From positions 259,934,525 to 259,998,524 of the forward strand of contig NC_085841.1 of the NCBI RefSeq assembly GCF_035594765.1: 64,000 nucleotides of DNA, written 5' to 3'. Numbering within the stretch: the first letter of the stretch is position 1; each line of letters starts with the position of its first letter. Below the pieces are notes generated by a model, which saw only the letters and a list, made by a program, of their open reading frames with translations, ran no database searches and had not been told where the DNA came from. Positions 40,101 through 51,922 of the stretch are shown here, piece by piece. A program made the position numbers and the translations under genes. The stretch comes from Anolis carolinensis. Lineage: Eukaryota.

Positions 40101-40489
40101 TTTACCAGCTGTTAGGATTTCTGGTAATTGAAGGCCAAAAACATCTAGAGGCCCCAGGTTGAGAACCACTGCAAAAATGGGTTTGCACCAGCTCTGAAGT
40201 ACACATTTCTAGTTGGATGTAGAAGTTCAGCCAGCATCTCTTGTGAAATTGCTACAGCAGTGTGAACAATGCCCACATTCCCTATCTGCATATACTTGAA
40301 AGATACAGGAGTTCTCTCCTCCAATGACCTGGGTCCTGCCCAGGAGAAACAAATACCCTTTGTCCTTCCCTCCCAGTTTGACTCACGTGCACAGCAGCTG
40401 GCTTCAGTCTCTTCTCCAAAGCTTCCTCTCTCCATAGACATGACAGCAAAGCAGATCACAGCCAGATGAAAGCCCAGCCAGCCAGCCAT
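31106..40489 (-). CDS. Ficolin-like gene B, ~327 aa; exons 40489-40387, 39961-39824, 38129-38067, 37776-37741, 35645(or 35651)-35518, 33351-33222, 32685-32551, 31356-31106
   Basis: Eight GT-AG exons with the same sizes as the paralogues (103/138/63/36/128/130/135/251); open frame from signal peptide through collagen and neck to FBG domain, ending MKIRPQ*. Confidence 0.93.
33503..33894. mobile_element. hAT non-autonomous element (paralogous copy ~45433-45821; partial duplicate ~34100-34312)
   Basis: caaactaagacc...gaggactcctg ends flanked by (a/g)tctagga TSD-like sequence; absent in gene D. Confidence 0.7.
36117..37252 (+). mobile_element. 5'-truncated L2-clade LINE (end of RT domain + 3'UTR, (GAT)n tail) in ficolin B intron 4
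   Basis: ORF 36067-36579: [21 protein letters not shown]...[13 protein letters not shown]...[12 protein letters not shown]...[15 protein letters not shown], then in-frame stops. Confidence 0.9.
38798..39187 (+). mobile_element. 5'-truncated L1-type insertion with A-rich tail and 19-bp TSD, specific to gene B
   Basis: TSD aaacataattccaatcgta (38779-38797, 39188-39206); ORF end ...[21 protein letters not shown]; empty site in gene C (~50370). Confidence 0.8.
39233..39690 (-). mobile_element. Full-length tRNA-derived SINE with L2-like 3' tail, specific to gene B
   Basis: 5' ggggccaggctgtggcgcagg A-box, tail ccgccctgagtcccc...(aaat)n; absent from gene C. Confidence 0.75.
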
Positions 40490-40561
40490 CTTGCCTCATA
40501 GAACTGACCTGGCCACCTTCCTGGACCTTCTGAACCTTCTGAACAAATGCCCTAATACTCC

Positions 40562-40606
40562 TTTTATAGAGAGCAAATAGTTCTGCAAATAATGGCATGA
40601 GGAAGT
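40562..40606 (-). promoter_or_regulatory. Ficolin B core promoter: TATAAAA, two TATTTGC, ETS-like GAGGAAGT
   Basis: Conserved block 73-117 nt upstream of the ATG. Confidence 0.6.
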
Positions 40607-43022
40607 GGTAATATTTCTTGGTTGAGGGGGGGTTGGGCTGAAAACCTGTTTTGAAATGGAAGCTGTCGTAACAGCTGGCATTCCTGACATTATGTTATTG
40701 AAATATATGTTCCCTTTCTACAGTGAACATTGGAAGTCCCTGAATTGTGTAACTCCTTTATTGAGGAAGTATTTCCTCTTGTTGAACAGCATGCATCTTT
40801 GAGTTTTGATCCCTTTGCTTAGTCATAAAGGTTTCCTTTGCTTTGCCTCAGTGCAATAGTAGAGAGAAGTGCTCCCTCTTGGTGCCCACATGTCGTTTTC
40901 ACTCTTATTCGCTTTACTGTCTATCTCTTGGTTGCCTGGGTAATAATGATGAGTGAGTTGAACTATACTGTATTATATAGTCCGTTGTTAATGTTATTAC
41001 ACCCTGTTGTCGTAGCTAATAACTGTTATTTGTGTCTAACTGCCGAATGAGACCACACAGCTGAATTCAGAAAGGATATAGGCATTCTCTTTAACATTAA
41101 GCAGACTACATAAACAGTTGAAATCTTTATACAGAACATAAAAAAAAATCAGTCAGGGCTTCAGTAATTTTTGCAGAAATATCTTCATGCTGTCATTCTG
41201 GCAAACGTAAACTCTTGTGGATCTCTCCCTCACTTTGAGATGTAAAAGTGCCACTCATGAAAGATGCGCACCCAATCTATGTTGAAAGACCTCCAAAGAT
41301 GGAAAGTCTATTCCACTAGTGAATAACTGATAGAGTAAAATGAAAGTCTTAAACAGAGCAAGTAGAGCAGTGGTTCTCAACCTGTGGGTCCCCAGATGCT
41401 TTAGCCCTCAACTCCCAGAAATCCCAAAGGCTGGTAAACTGGCTGGGATTTCTGGGAATTGTAGGCCAAAACACCTGGGGACCCACAGGTTGAGAACCAC
41501 TGAATTAGAGCTTTGGTGCATATGCAAGGTCCAAATCCTTCTGAGGGCAGATGGAGCCTCTGTGTCCATCAGACTCAGTTCGGCATCCCCTTTTGTGACA
41601 TTGAGATCATGGGCAACCAGGGTCCTGATCAATTTGAGGGCATGTGGCCCACATTCAGGTGGCAGAGGAGCCACTAAATTTTGCCTTTGCCCACATAGAA
41701 TTCCCCATCCATCACCCCGGATATACCCAACAAGGTGGCTGGATGAGTTGGTTGTCATTGATCATCAGGCAGATTGACTCAAACCTGAATGTCATGCTGG
41801 GTCCAACCCATTAAAGTAGTCTGTTTCACACTAATGACTGTAATATGTGTCCTATTCCAAGTGAGACCACGCGGATGAGTTCACAAAGGACACAAAAAAT
41901 CTCTTTAACTTCCAGCAGACTACTTACATTAGAAAGAGGGGATTTTGCTTTTAAGTGCTGTGGTCTCATATTTTGAATAACAGACATGCCCTCTTGTTTT
42001 ACTATTTCTCTTTCTGTACCCCCAGCCGCACGTCATGAGTCTGTACTTTGAGTAGCCTTGCTGCAAGAAATCGTCCTTGCTTGGAGGGCAGAAACCCATT
42101 TGCCCCTAGTGGCAATAGGAGGCTGTGGAATAGTTACTTCAGATAGCATTTATTAATTTAAAATTTTAAATTTCATTTCTTGTCCTCTACCTAGAAATAT
42201 CAAAGAAATGTACATTAAAAACAATTCAACAATTTTTCAACACTTTAAATTAAAAAATAGTTTTAAAAGACTACAGAATATTAAACTATTAAGGAATTAA
42301 AAAGACAAATTGAAACAAGTTAAAAGATCCAGAAATAGTTTACTGCCAGGCCATCCTGATCTCATTTGATGCATAACACATCTTTCCCCATGGCTCCAAT
42401 CCAAAATTGACAAAATAATATCAAAATGACTTCAAATACAATTGTGCATATATACAAACTTTATTTCCAGTTCAATTTTCTCTTTGTATGCTTTCATAAT
42501 GTTTCCTTAATTTAAGGTTTAGACACATTCATAGCCTTGCTCTTCCTGCCATAACTGAAGGAATGAGGTTTTTGAAAAATAGAAATTGTGTTGTTTTTTT
42601 AAAAAGCAGTTGCACCAATTTGGCATAATTCTTGTGCCCAAGACCACTTCAGTATTGATAAGTGTGTTTGTATGTGTTCTAAACAAGTGGCCAACCCGAA
42701 TAGTTTTCAATGCAGGCAGCGTCTCAAGCTGGACAAAATGAAACCCAACACAAGGTACAACTGAGTTAACATCACCATCAAGTCACCCTTTTTCAATCAA
42801 ATTTCAGTTGTACCTTTGTCTTGCATAGAGATTCCATGTACAAGTTAAGAAGAGATCGCTCACCTGTATTCTCACTGTATGGGGATGTTAAAGACTTTGC
42901 ACCCAATAATTCAAGTGGCAGGATTCAACATTTGCTTTGTTAGGCCCACACTTAAATACAAAATTTACCAGTAAATTTAAGGACCATGTCTATAAAATAG
43001 TTTGAAGAGAGATATATTTTAA

Positions 43023-46000
43023 TTACTGTGGTCGAATTTTCATGTCTACATATTGATAAGAATAGTGGTGTCCCTTTCCAGCAGCCCAGTTGATGCCATC
43101 AGCATAAGAGGTGTGTTCCCCTCTGTGGTACAGGCCATTCAGGTTGGAAGAGTGGCATTTACTATACCACCAGCCTCCTTTAAACATCACAGCACAGCTT
43201 GCTGTTTCATGTATATCATTGTCCTTGTCTCGTGTGGAGAATGCAAAGCCCCTGTGTCCTGAAAATGAATCACCTAAAAGAGAATGAAAAAAAATCAAAT
43301 ATAATCTCTCGGACTGCTCAGAATCATATCCCTTATTTCAACCTGATGGAGACGGACATTGGGACCAAACCCCATAGGTATGGAAAGCTCATTCTACATA
43401 TTGCAGTTGAAGGGAGCTGTGAGGCACTCCTACCCTGTGGAGATGCTGAAGAAACTTTCTGTTGTGCACCTGTGTTTTGTTTGTGACCCATCAGATGAGG
43501 ACAAGTGGCATCATGTCAGGGCTCTTAAAGTTTCAGATTGTGGAATATTTCCGTTTTTCAAACAAGAGATGCCCAACCTATAATAGTGTATGTCCAGTTT
43601 ATGCTATTGTAAATATTGAAAAAGATGCCAGCCAAGGTGTACTCATAAAGATTCTGGACACTATAGCATCTTACAATGAGTCGCAGACTAGAGTGAAATA
43701 ACGAAAGGAGCAAATAAAGCACTGACTTATAAAATTAGAACTTGAGAGTCACCTGATCAAATCAACTGAAAAGCAGTAGTCGGTGATCTCCATGAAAGTG
43801 AGTAGTGAAACCACTTCAGATTGTGTTCTTATAATAAAAAATCCAATTGTTATATACCCCAGCACTCTGTTGGGGGCACATTTGAGCTCCTGGGGATTTC
43901 TTCAACACATCCAGAGGATACAACTACCAGATCAATCTCCAGACCTTGTGCTTCTACTGTTACCAGGGCACAACCGGAGAAGGTTCTCCAGGTTTCCCTG
44001 GGGAGAAAGTCAGGTCTCCTTCTCAGCAGGCACTTTTCTCAGTACAATTGCAGCTAAAAATAAACGTTACCATATGTTATTATGTATGAGCTAGTCAACT
44101 CTCACTAATGGTAAAGCCATTGTAGAGCTTTCCTCAAAAGATTTGATCAGAGGAGAGTGAATATTGTCTTTCTCTAAGGCTGAGAGTGTGATTTGCCCAA
44201 GATCATCCAGTGAGTTTCCACAAGGATCCAAATCCTGATCTCCTAGAATCCTAATTCAGCATTCAAACCATGAAACCACACTGACACATATTTCCATATG
44301 CAAAATGTAATGATTGAATTCACTATACATGATATTTTAAGAAATATTTATGCAATACACAGGATAGGACACATTCATCAAGGGCAACGGCACCTGAAGT
44401 TGACTAAAAAAATACAGCCTTCTCCACATTATTATTGTCATCTGCTATACAGATCCTCCATGTTTCAAAATTGTAACTCACCCATATTGCCATCCATATA
44501 AGAGGCCACGGAAAGTGTATAGTTTTCTTTCTCGCTTGAGATTTTGAAACTACTGTATGTTGCATAAGTTCTAGTGTTATTGAAGTCCTTCACATCAATC
44601 CGCAGCTGCTGTGTTCCTGATGAAAGATGTCATAGAGTAAGTATTGTTTGGAAGAGAAACCCATTGACTTATTTATGATCACACTGGAGACAGAGTATTC
44701 TCTAAGTGACCAAGCAAGATGGTGAACTGTGGGCTTCTCCTCTGATAATCATCCGGGGGTGAACTCATCACTTATGGAAAACCACCAATTCTGAGAAATC
44801 CTGAGAGCAGTGGAGACACCCCCACCCCACACAAGGAGGAAACAGAGGGTTTCAAAAGACCTAGTTTCTGTTTCTAATGCTTTGTCAAGACACTTTTCCC
44901 CTCTTGGTAATGCAGAGACTGCTGACGTTTTTTCATGAAGCAGAGGAACAAATCAAGAACCTAGCAGCATGGCAAGGGTGCAGGAAGCCCTAGGTGAATC
45001 CACATTACACAATTGGAGCAGTTTTGTCCCTCTTTCACTGCTATACCTGCATCCTATGGAATTCCATAATCCCATAGAAGACCTCATTTTGTTTTTCAGC
45101 AGTTTAGGAATACTGTCATATCTGCAACAAGCAGCAGCAACATGGGATTACCTGAATTTGTGAGAAGATGGATGTTATCATTTCCCAACCAAAATTCTGA
45201 TGCTTGGTTTCCAAACCCATTTTTGTAAGATTTCCAGTCACGGTAGAAATCCACTGATCCATCCTGTCTCCTCTGGAAAACCTATATGTGGATGTGGAGA
45301 GTGATATTTCAGTGTTTATACTGAGAAACAATTTGTTTTCTGATTCAGTGCTAAATGGACTGTTTTAGGCTAGCCTAATGCTCTGAAGAGGAATCTCCTA
45401 GTACAAGGAGGCATTATGCGCGCTATCTAGGACAGACAAAGGCCGCAAACTAAGGCCCGCAGGCCAGGTGAGGCCCTACAAGGTCATTTACCCACCCCCT
45501 CCCTAAACTTTAGGCCTAGGGTTGTCCAAAGTCTGAAATGACTTGAAGACACACAACAGCAACAATCCTAGTTAGCATGACTCTCATCAGCCAAAAGCAG
45601 GCCCACACTTCCCACTGAAATACTGCTGAGTTTATGTTGGTTAAAATTGTTCTTCATTTTAAATATTGTAATGTTCTTTCATTTTTTTGCACTACAAATA
45701 AGATGTGAGCAGTATACATAGTAATTTCTTCATTTTTTTTCTAAACTATTATCTGCCCCTTAACCCAAGAATCTGAGGGACTGTGAATCCGCCCTCAGTT
45801 TTAAAAGTTTGAGGACCCCTGTTCTAGGAGAAAGAGCTGTGTAGTATAATGACTAGAATGCTCCTCAGTAGATGATTGCTATTTTCAGTCCATTGAAAGA
45901 ATATTGGAATAAAAAGAAAATACATTCTTTATGGGAACGTAGTCTGAACACAAGCCAGACTTCCTTTATTTGACAATTGAGGCACATCTACACAGGCCAC

Positions 46001-49000
46001 CAATGGCAATGCTGGGGTACTCCATAGTCTGTATGGACAGTCACTGAAAAGGCTGAAGGGCTGCATGGAAGCTACACAAGCATGCCCCCAAGCTTGCCTG
46101 GTGGCTGGATGGTGTTCATGCTGCCCAGCAGTGCCAGAACTGGTTCAGCACTGCTGGACTGCCACCCTTACCTTGCCCCATCATTCTGGATGTTAGAGTG
46201 CCCATCAGCACGAAAATGGTGTTCATCACTTGGTGACTGGAGTGATGATAAATGGAGCAAGTAAGCAACATGAGAGAGGGGCGGAGGAAATGAAGTATTG
46301 CTTCCTCCTTTTGACCTTTCTTACTCTGATGGCGTTGTTGTTCCAGCCACTCCTTTCCCAAAGCAACATACACTGCCATTTTTCTGCCAGGTGGGCACCA
46401 CAAAGTCCAAAATGATGGGGCAAATTAGATGCCATTCCTGTCCAGGGAAAGTTGGAAGGTGGTATAAAAAGCCACAGCAGCTTCCTGAATAGGAAGTGGT
46501 CTAAAATGTGGAAAAAGCAATGTAGTATCACACGACTTTAATTAATGAGGTTCAAGACTGTATTAATTCAAATCAACTCCATACGTTACACAGTCACCAC
46601 GAAGCTGATTTGCAACCCCCACAGGATAAAGGGTCCATTGTAGATGTGCCCTATGTCTAAGGTTATTCAGTCTGCTTACTGAGTAACACTGGTTGCCAGG
46701 AGGATGGCAGCAATCAGCAGTAGCCAGGACAATGGTGACAGGAAATTCTGGTATCCCCAGAGCAGGCTGGGCGCTTCTGGCATCCTGCTCTGAGTCAGTG
46801 ATTGCTTCTCTTGGCTCTTGTTACGTGTATGTGTGAGGTGGTAGAAGAAATGTTCCTGATCAACATGGAGAATGGGGCAAGTGTGCAAGGTGTAAGAAAA
46901 TTAAATTACTGGCACACCTGCCAATTATGTGAGCAAAAGGATCCAATTGGGAAATATTTTAAAATAGAGATTTGCACATACTCTCATGGCTCCCTTCTTC
47001 TCACCCACATGACCACAGATTCAGGTGAATATAGCTCTGGGATTCATGTAGTATGTACCATGTTTTTCTTTGGGAAACTTCAATGACTTCTCCTCCATCT
47101 TACATTGTTGTCAGTTCAGATTGTGGACATGTCTATGACACGTAGCAGTTTTGCACCATTTGTTAAAGCTTACCAGCCAGCCTCCTCCATCAGTCTCCAT
47201 ATCACAGAAGACACTCATTGTTTTCCCCGTGGCAGGGTAGATTGTATACCAACCACTCAGTGTTTCACCACGCTCCAGAAGCTCTTTGCAGTCTTTGGCT
47301 CCTGTCTCTAGATGAAATACCAAAGAGGAAAGTCTGAAGCTGGTAAATGCAATCTCTCTTCTGATAGTATAATATGAATGAGGAGGATGGATAGTACAGA
47401 CATAACTCTCTGCTGCAAGAGTGGACAATTTCTGTTAGTGGTGAGGATGTAATGTCTCTAGAAAGACAGGTGCTTCTCTGAAGCTTCAGCAATCTCAACT
47501 AGCCATGGACATGCTTTTGGGTGGCGTGGGGGTTCTATTGCACCAATGTAGTGAGTTCTGCAGCTGGCCACAGGAATGCTCTAACAAAGTTGCACATGCT
47601 GAACTCTTAATGTTCTGCACCATCATATGAATTTGGTGCATGCATAAACAATTTGATGCAATGATTTAAATCTGATATGGTGGACTATGCCCATTAAAAA
47701 AGCAATGGTGATTCCATTGAAAAGTGACAGTGGGTAAACATGTGTATCAGTCAGTTGTAGTGACCCATTGTATATATCGGTGCCTGTCATCAATAATGGA
47801 CAGGATGAGGGCTAACAAATTAAAGCTAAATCCAGACAAGACAAAGGTCAGTTGGAAAGCAGATCAGGGTACAGGATTACAGCCTGTGGTAGATGGGGTT
47901 ACACTCCCTCTGAAAACTCGGGTTCACAGCTTGGGGGTAATCCTGGACTCATCGCTGACATTGGAACCTAAGGTGTTGGCGGTGACCCGGAGCGCTTTTG
48001 CACAATTAAAACTTGTGCACCAGCTGCACCCATACTTTGAGATACCAGATCAGGCCATGGTAGTCCACGTCTCAATTACATCGTATCTGGACTACTGCAA
48101 CGCTCTCTATGTGGGGTTGCCTTTAAAGACAGTTTGGAAACGTCAGCTGGTTCAAAGATAGGCAGCCAGATTACTAACTGGAGCACCGTACAGAGAGAAG
48201 ACCACTCCTATACTGCGGCATCTCCACTAGCTGCCGGTCTGATTCTGGGCTAAATACAAAGCGCTGGTTATTACCTTTAAAGCCCTAAACGGTTCAGGCC
48301 CAGACTGTTTGGCAAACTGCATCTCCTTATACAAACCAGCTCGGGCACTATGGTCTGCGGATGAGGCCGTGCTCTCAGTCCCATCCCCGTCTCATGCAAG
48401 GCAGGTGGGAACGAGAGAGGGGGCCTTCTCTGAGATTGCCCCCGACTCTGAAACTCTCTCCCCAAAGAACTAAAAACAGCCTACTCCTTACTCTCTTGTA
48501 AAAAACTGCTAAAACGCATTTATGGTCCTTAGCATATGGAGAGAAGGAGGTTTAGAATATCATGTATTTTTACCTCAGACTGGAAATAGCGTTTCACTCT
48601 AGCTTGGCTGGCTGTATAAAAAATCTTAATAATTTTAAACAGATTTTAGATTTGCTTAAATTTCTGTCATGTTTTAATGTAAGATATGCAGTGGTTGATC
48701 GGTTATGATATTATCTAATTTTTATCTGTTGTAATCTCAATTTTGTTATTGTTGTGAATTCTCTTTTGGGGTGGGGGTTGTTTCTTTTTTCTTTTTTGTT
48801 AGTGTGTTCTTGCATTGAATGTTGGCCATTTTTGTTGGAAACCATCCTGAGTCCCTTTTTGGGGAGATAGTAAAGAAAGATGATGATGATGATGATTATA
48901 TCTGCTGCATTTTCACTTACGTGTCCACATCACTGAAAAAGTGGGGGGGGGGGAGCATGCCTGATACATAGTTGACACTGAAAATCTAGGACTCTCAGGG

Positions 49001-51811
49001 CTTCATCACATGGGGGACCCTCCCCACTTGCTGTTTTGCCAGCCTCCGTCACACAGGGAGAGCATCACCAAAGCTGTGCAGAAATCCCCCGTGTCGCAAT
49101 GAAAGTGTCATTTATGCTTCCATTCCGGTTGTGAGCAGGGCATCCAACGGAAGTCTAGCTATGTTGTGTGATGGGCAGCAGATCCCCACACCCCCTGGGC
49201 AGGCACCGCCGAGATCACTGCAATCTGTGGTGATTCTGGCAGTGTTTGTGGCAAGATCCCTAATGAGTCTCTGATTGTGCAATATGCCTGTTTACTTGGG
49301 TAGGAGGGTTACACCATTGTTAAAAGAGGCCTCAACCATACTGTCTGTGGTAGTGGTGACAAGACGTACCTTGATGCTGACAGCTGGCAATTGTGCATGC
49401 CTCTCCTGTAGGAAGAGAAAAGCAATTTCTGAATTAAACAAAGATGGTGCCCTTGTTGGAATTAAAATGAGAATGAGAGCAGTTTTGGCAGCCTTGTAAA
49501 TTGGCACTGCATTAAAAAAAATACAAGTTTATTTTACTTGAACAATTAAAAAGTAATCAGTGGTTCTTCCACTCTATCCCTATTTTTGCAAACACATCTA
49601 AACAGCTAAAGCATAAAGTCTAGTGCAGCTTGTGATGTTTGCATGGGCCAGGCTTCACCTGCGATCCCTCTTCAAATGAGGCTGTAGGGGAAGGTACCTT
49701 GCTCTCCTTTCTCTCCCTTGGGTCCAGCTTTCCCAGGTGCCCCAGCAGAGCTTCTCTCACCTGAAGGAAAGAGGCAGAGGACATTTGAAACTTCTCAAGA
49801 CACCATATTTTAAGCCCTCCAATGTAATGGTAAAATGCACGTATTAGTAGAGATCAGCCTCATCACATTGGGGCCTTATCACATTGGGGTTGTAATTCAT
49901 TGGGCATCTGCGAGATATGCCATACAGCATGGCAAATCCATGGGGCAGTGGGGAGAAACCATTGCTACACAACTGCATCACCCGCTGCACCCCTTACCCC
50001 ATCCTATGAGGAATCATTGCTGCCCAAATTCCTCCCATTTTTATAGAACACAGAAAACCTCCCATATTCTGGGGGAAGTGTCATACCATGCTGTCAGGAT
50101 GTTTCTTCCACAGAGCCCCCTCAGAAGTTGCCTGAAGTTTGTATGATGGCATCCGGCGGGCTCTGAGGAGGAAGCGTCCTGGCAGTGTACTAGGAAGCTG
50201 ATTTTTCTACACGTGAAGAGGTGGTTTGTTTCAGCTTGAGCTTGTATGGATTCTAATGCCCCCTTTTATCAGCTGCTTGAAGAGCTCTGTAGTATATTAT
50301 AGAAAATGGGGAGTTGAACTTTCTCCATCTAGATCACTATATCCTGATCTGTTATATTGTGCATATGTCAAACATAATTCCAATTGTAATTTCCATTTTA
50401 ATAAATTATGCCAATAACCTCCCCCTTCCAGATGCACCTTTTGCCTAATCATAATCTTACCACTTCATCACATAACTTAAATTCCACTGAGTTCTACACT
50501 TAAAATCTGGTATTTTATGGATCCAATACATTTGTTTTGATTAAAGTGCAGTTTTTGAGTCTTTTAAACATCGAGGGCAGCATTTTTTTTCCAAACGTAT
50601 CAGGAAGAGGTGAAGGAATGGATTTTCCTCAAAACTCCAGATGTTTTGCCAAATTTCTAATGAAGTAGCACTTATTGTTCTTAGGTTAGGATCACCCAAT
50701 TTGTGGGAGGAGAAATTGGGGGAGGAGTGAAAATAAACTTTTTTGGGCAATTTCCTTTTGCTCCCCAAGCAGGAAGGTTTGGTTGTAAGCTACCTCATAA
50801 GACTTCTACTTTGTAGAAAAATAAAATAGCCTATTAGGGTACATTTTTCCTTCCTTCCATGATTTGTCTGTGTCCTGTGTTGGGAGGGCCAGTGCTGTTG
50901 CCCTTCCAAATGGGATTCCTTCCCATCCATTCTCTCTCTCCCTCTTCCTCTCTGTTGTTGGGAATTGTGGGAGTTGTAGTACCAAGAAGCACCAAGAGGC
51001 ATGTGGGCGGGGCCAAATGTCTGCAGTGTGGAAACCTCTTCATTGAAAAATACGCAGAATAACTGAATGCACTAAACAGGGTGATCCCAAGATAGGGAAA
51101 AACTACTTTTTATTACAGAATGGAGTTAGACTGAACTGTCTTCTTCTGAACACTTCTGAACACTTTCCAGTGTAATCTGATGAAGTCCTTTATCTGTTAG
51201 TGATGAAACACAGAAATCTGTTGCCTCTGGTTTGCAACAGATCTGCAGTCCAGAAGATTCTTGTCTCACCTGGGGGGCCCTGGGGGCCGGGGTCTCCCTT
51301 CATCCCGGGTAACCCATTTGTTCCTGGGATGCCGGGAATTCCTGGGGTGCCTGCCTGACCTTGGAAAAAGACCTTGTCCGTTCCACACTGCAATAAGCCC
51401 TTCAGCTCTGCAACGAGATGGGAAAGCACAAACAAAATGGTAGATCATAAACCTAAGTGAGTCATTACAGTGTAACAAACAATACTGGGTTTGCACCAGC
51501 TCTATACTATTCATTTCTTACATGTAATCTAAGAATACAGTTGTATGTAGAAGTTCAGCCAGCATCTCTTGTGAAATTGCTTCAGCAATGTGAGCAATGC
51601 CCAAATTCTCTTTCTGTACATTCTTGAAAGCTACAGGAGTCCTCTCCTCCAGTGACCTGGGTCCTGCCCAGGAGAAACAAATACCCTTTGTCCTTCCCTC
51701 CCACTCACGTGCACAGCAGCTGGCTTCGGTCTCTTCTCCAAAGCTTCCTCTCTCCATAGACATGACAGCAAAGCAGGTCACAGCCAGGTGAAAGCCCATC
51801 CGGCCAGCCAT
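43023..51811 (-). CDS. Ficolin-like gene C, ~327 aa; exons 51811-51709, 51407-51270, 49760-49698, 49405-49370, 47301(or 47307)-47174, 45281-45152, 44616-44482, 43273-43023
   Basis: Same 8-exon structure, open frame; near-identical to gene B from exon 3 onward. Confidence 0.93.
47777..48896 (+). mobile_element. Duplicated copy of the same L2 insertion in ficolin C intron 4
   Basis: ORF 47724-48161, same breakpoints as in B. Confidence 0.9.
50460..51188. mobile_element. Harbinger-like non-autonomous element in gene C intron 2 (related copy 54214-55032 in gene D intron 7)
   Basis: Ends ccacttcatcac / ctgatgaagtcc, 3-bp TSD-like flanks; absent at the homologous site in B. Confidence 0.65.
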
Positions 51812-51878
51812 CTTGCCTGATAGAACTGACCTGGCCACCTTCCTGGATTGGTCTCTGATCAAATGCCCTAATACCCTT

Positions 51879-51922
51879 TTTATAGAGAGCAAATAGTTCT
51901 GCAAATAATGGCACGAGGAAGT
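51879..51922 (-). promoter_or_regulatory. Ficolin C core promoter: TATAAA, two TATTTGC, GAGGAAGT
   Basis: Conserved block upstream of the ATG. Confidence 0.6.
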
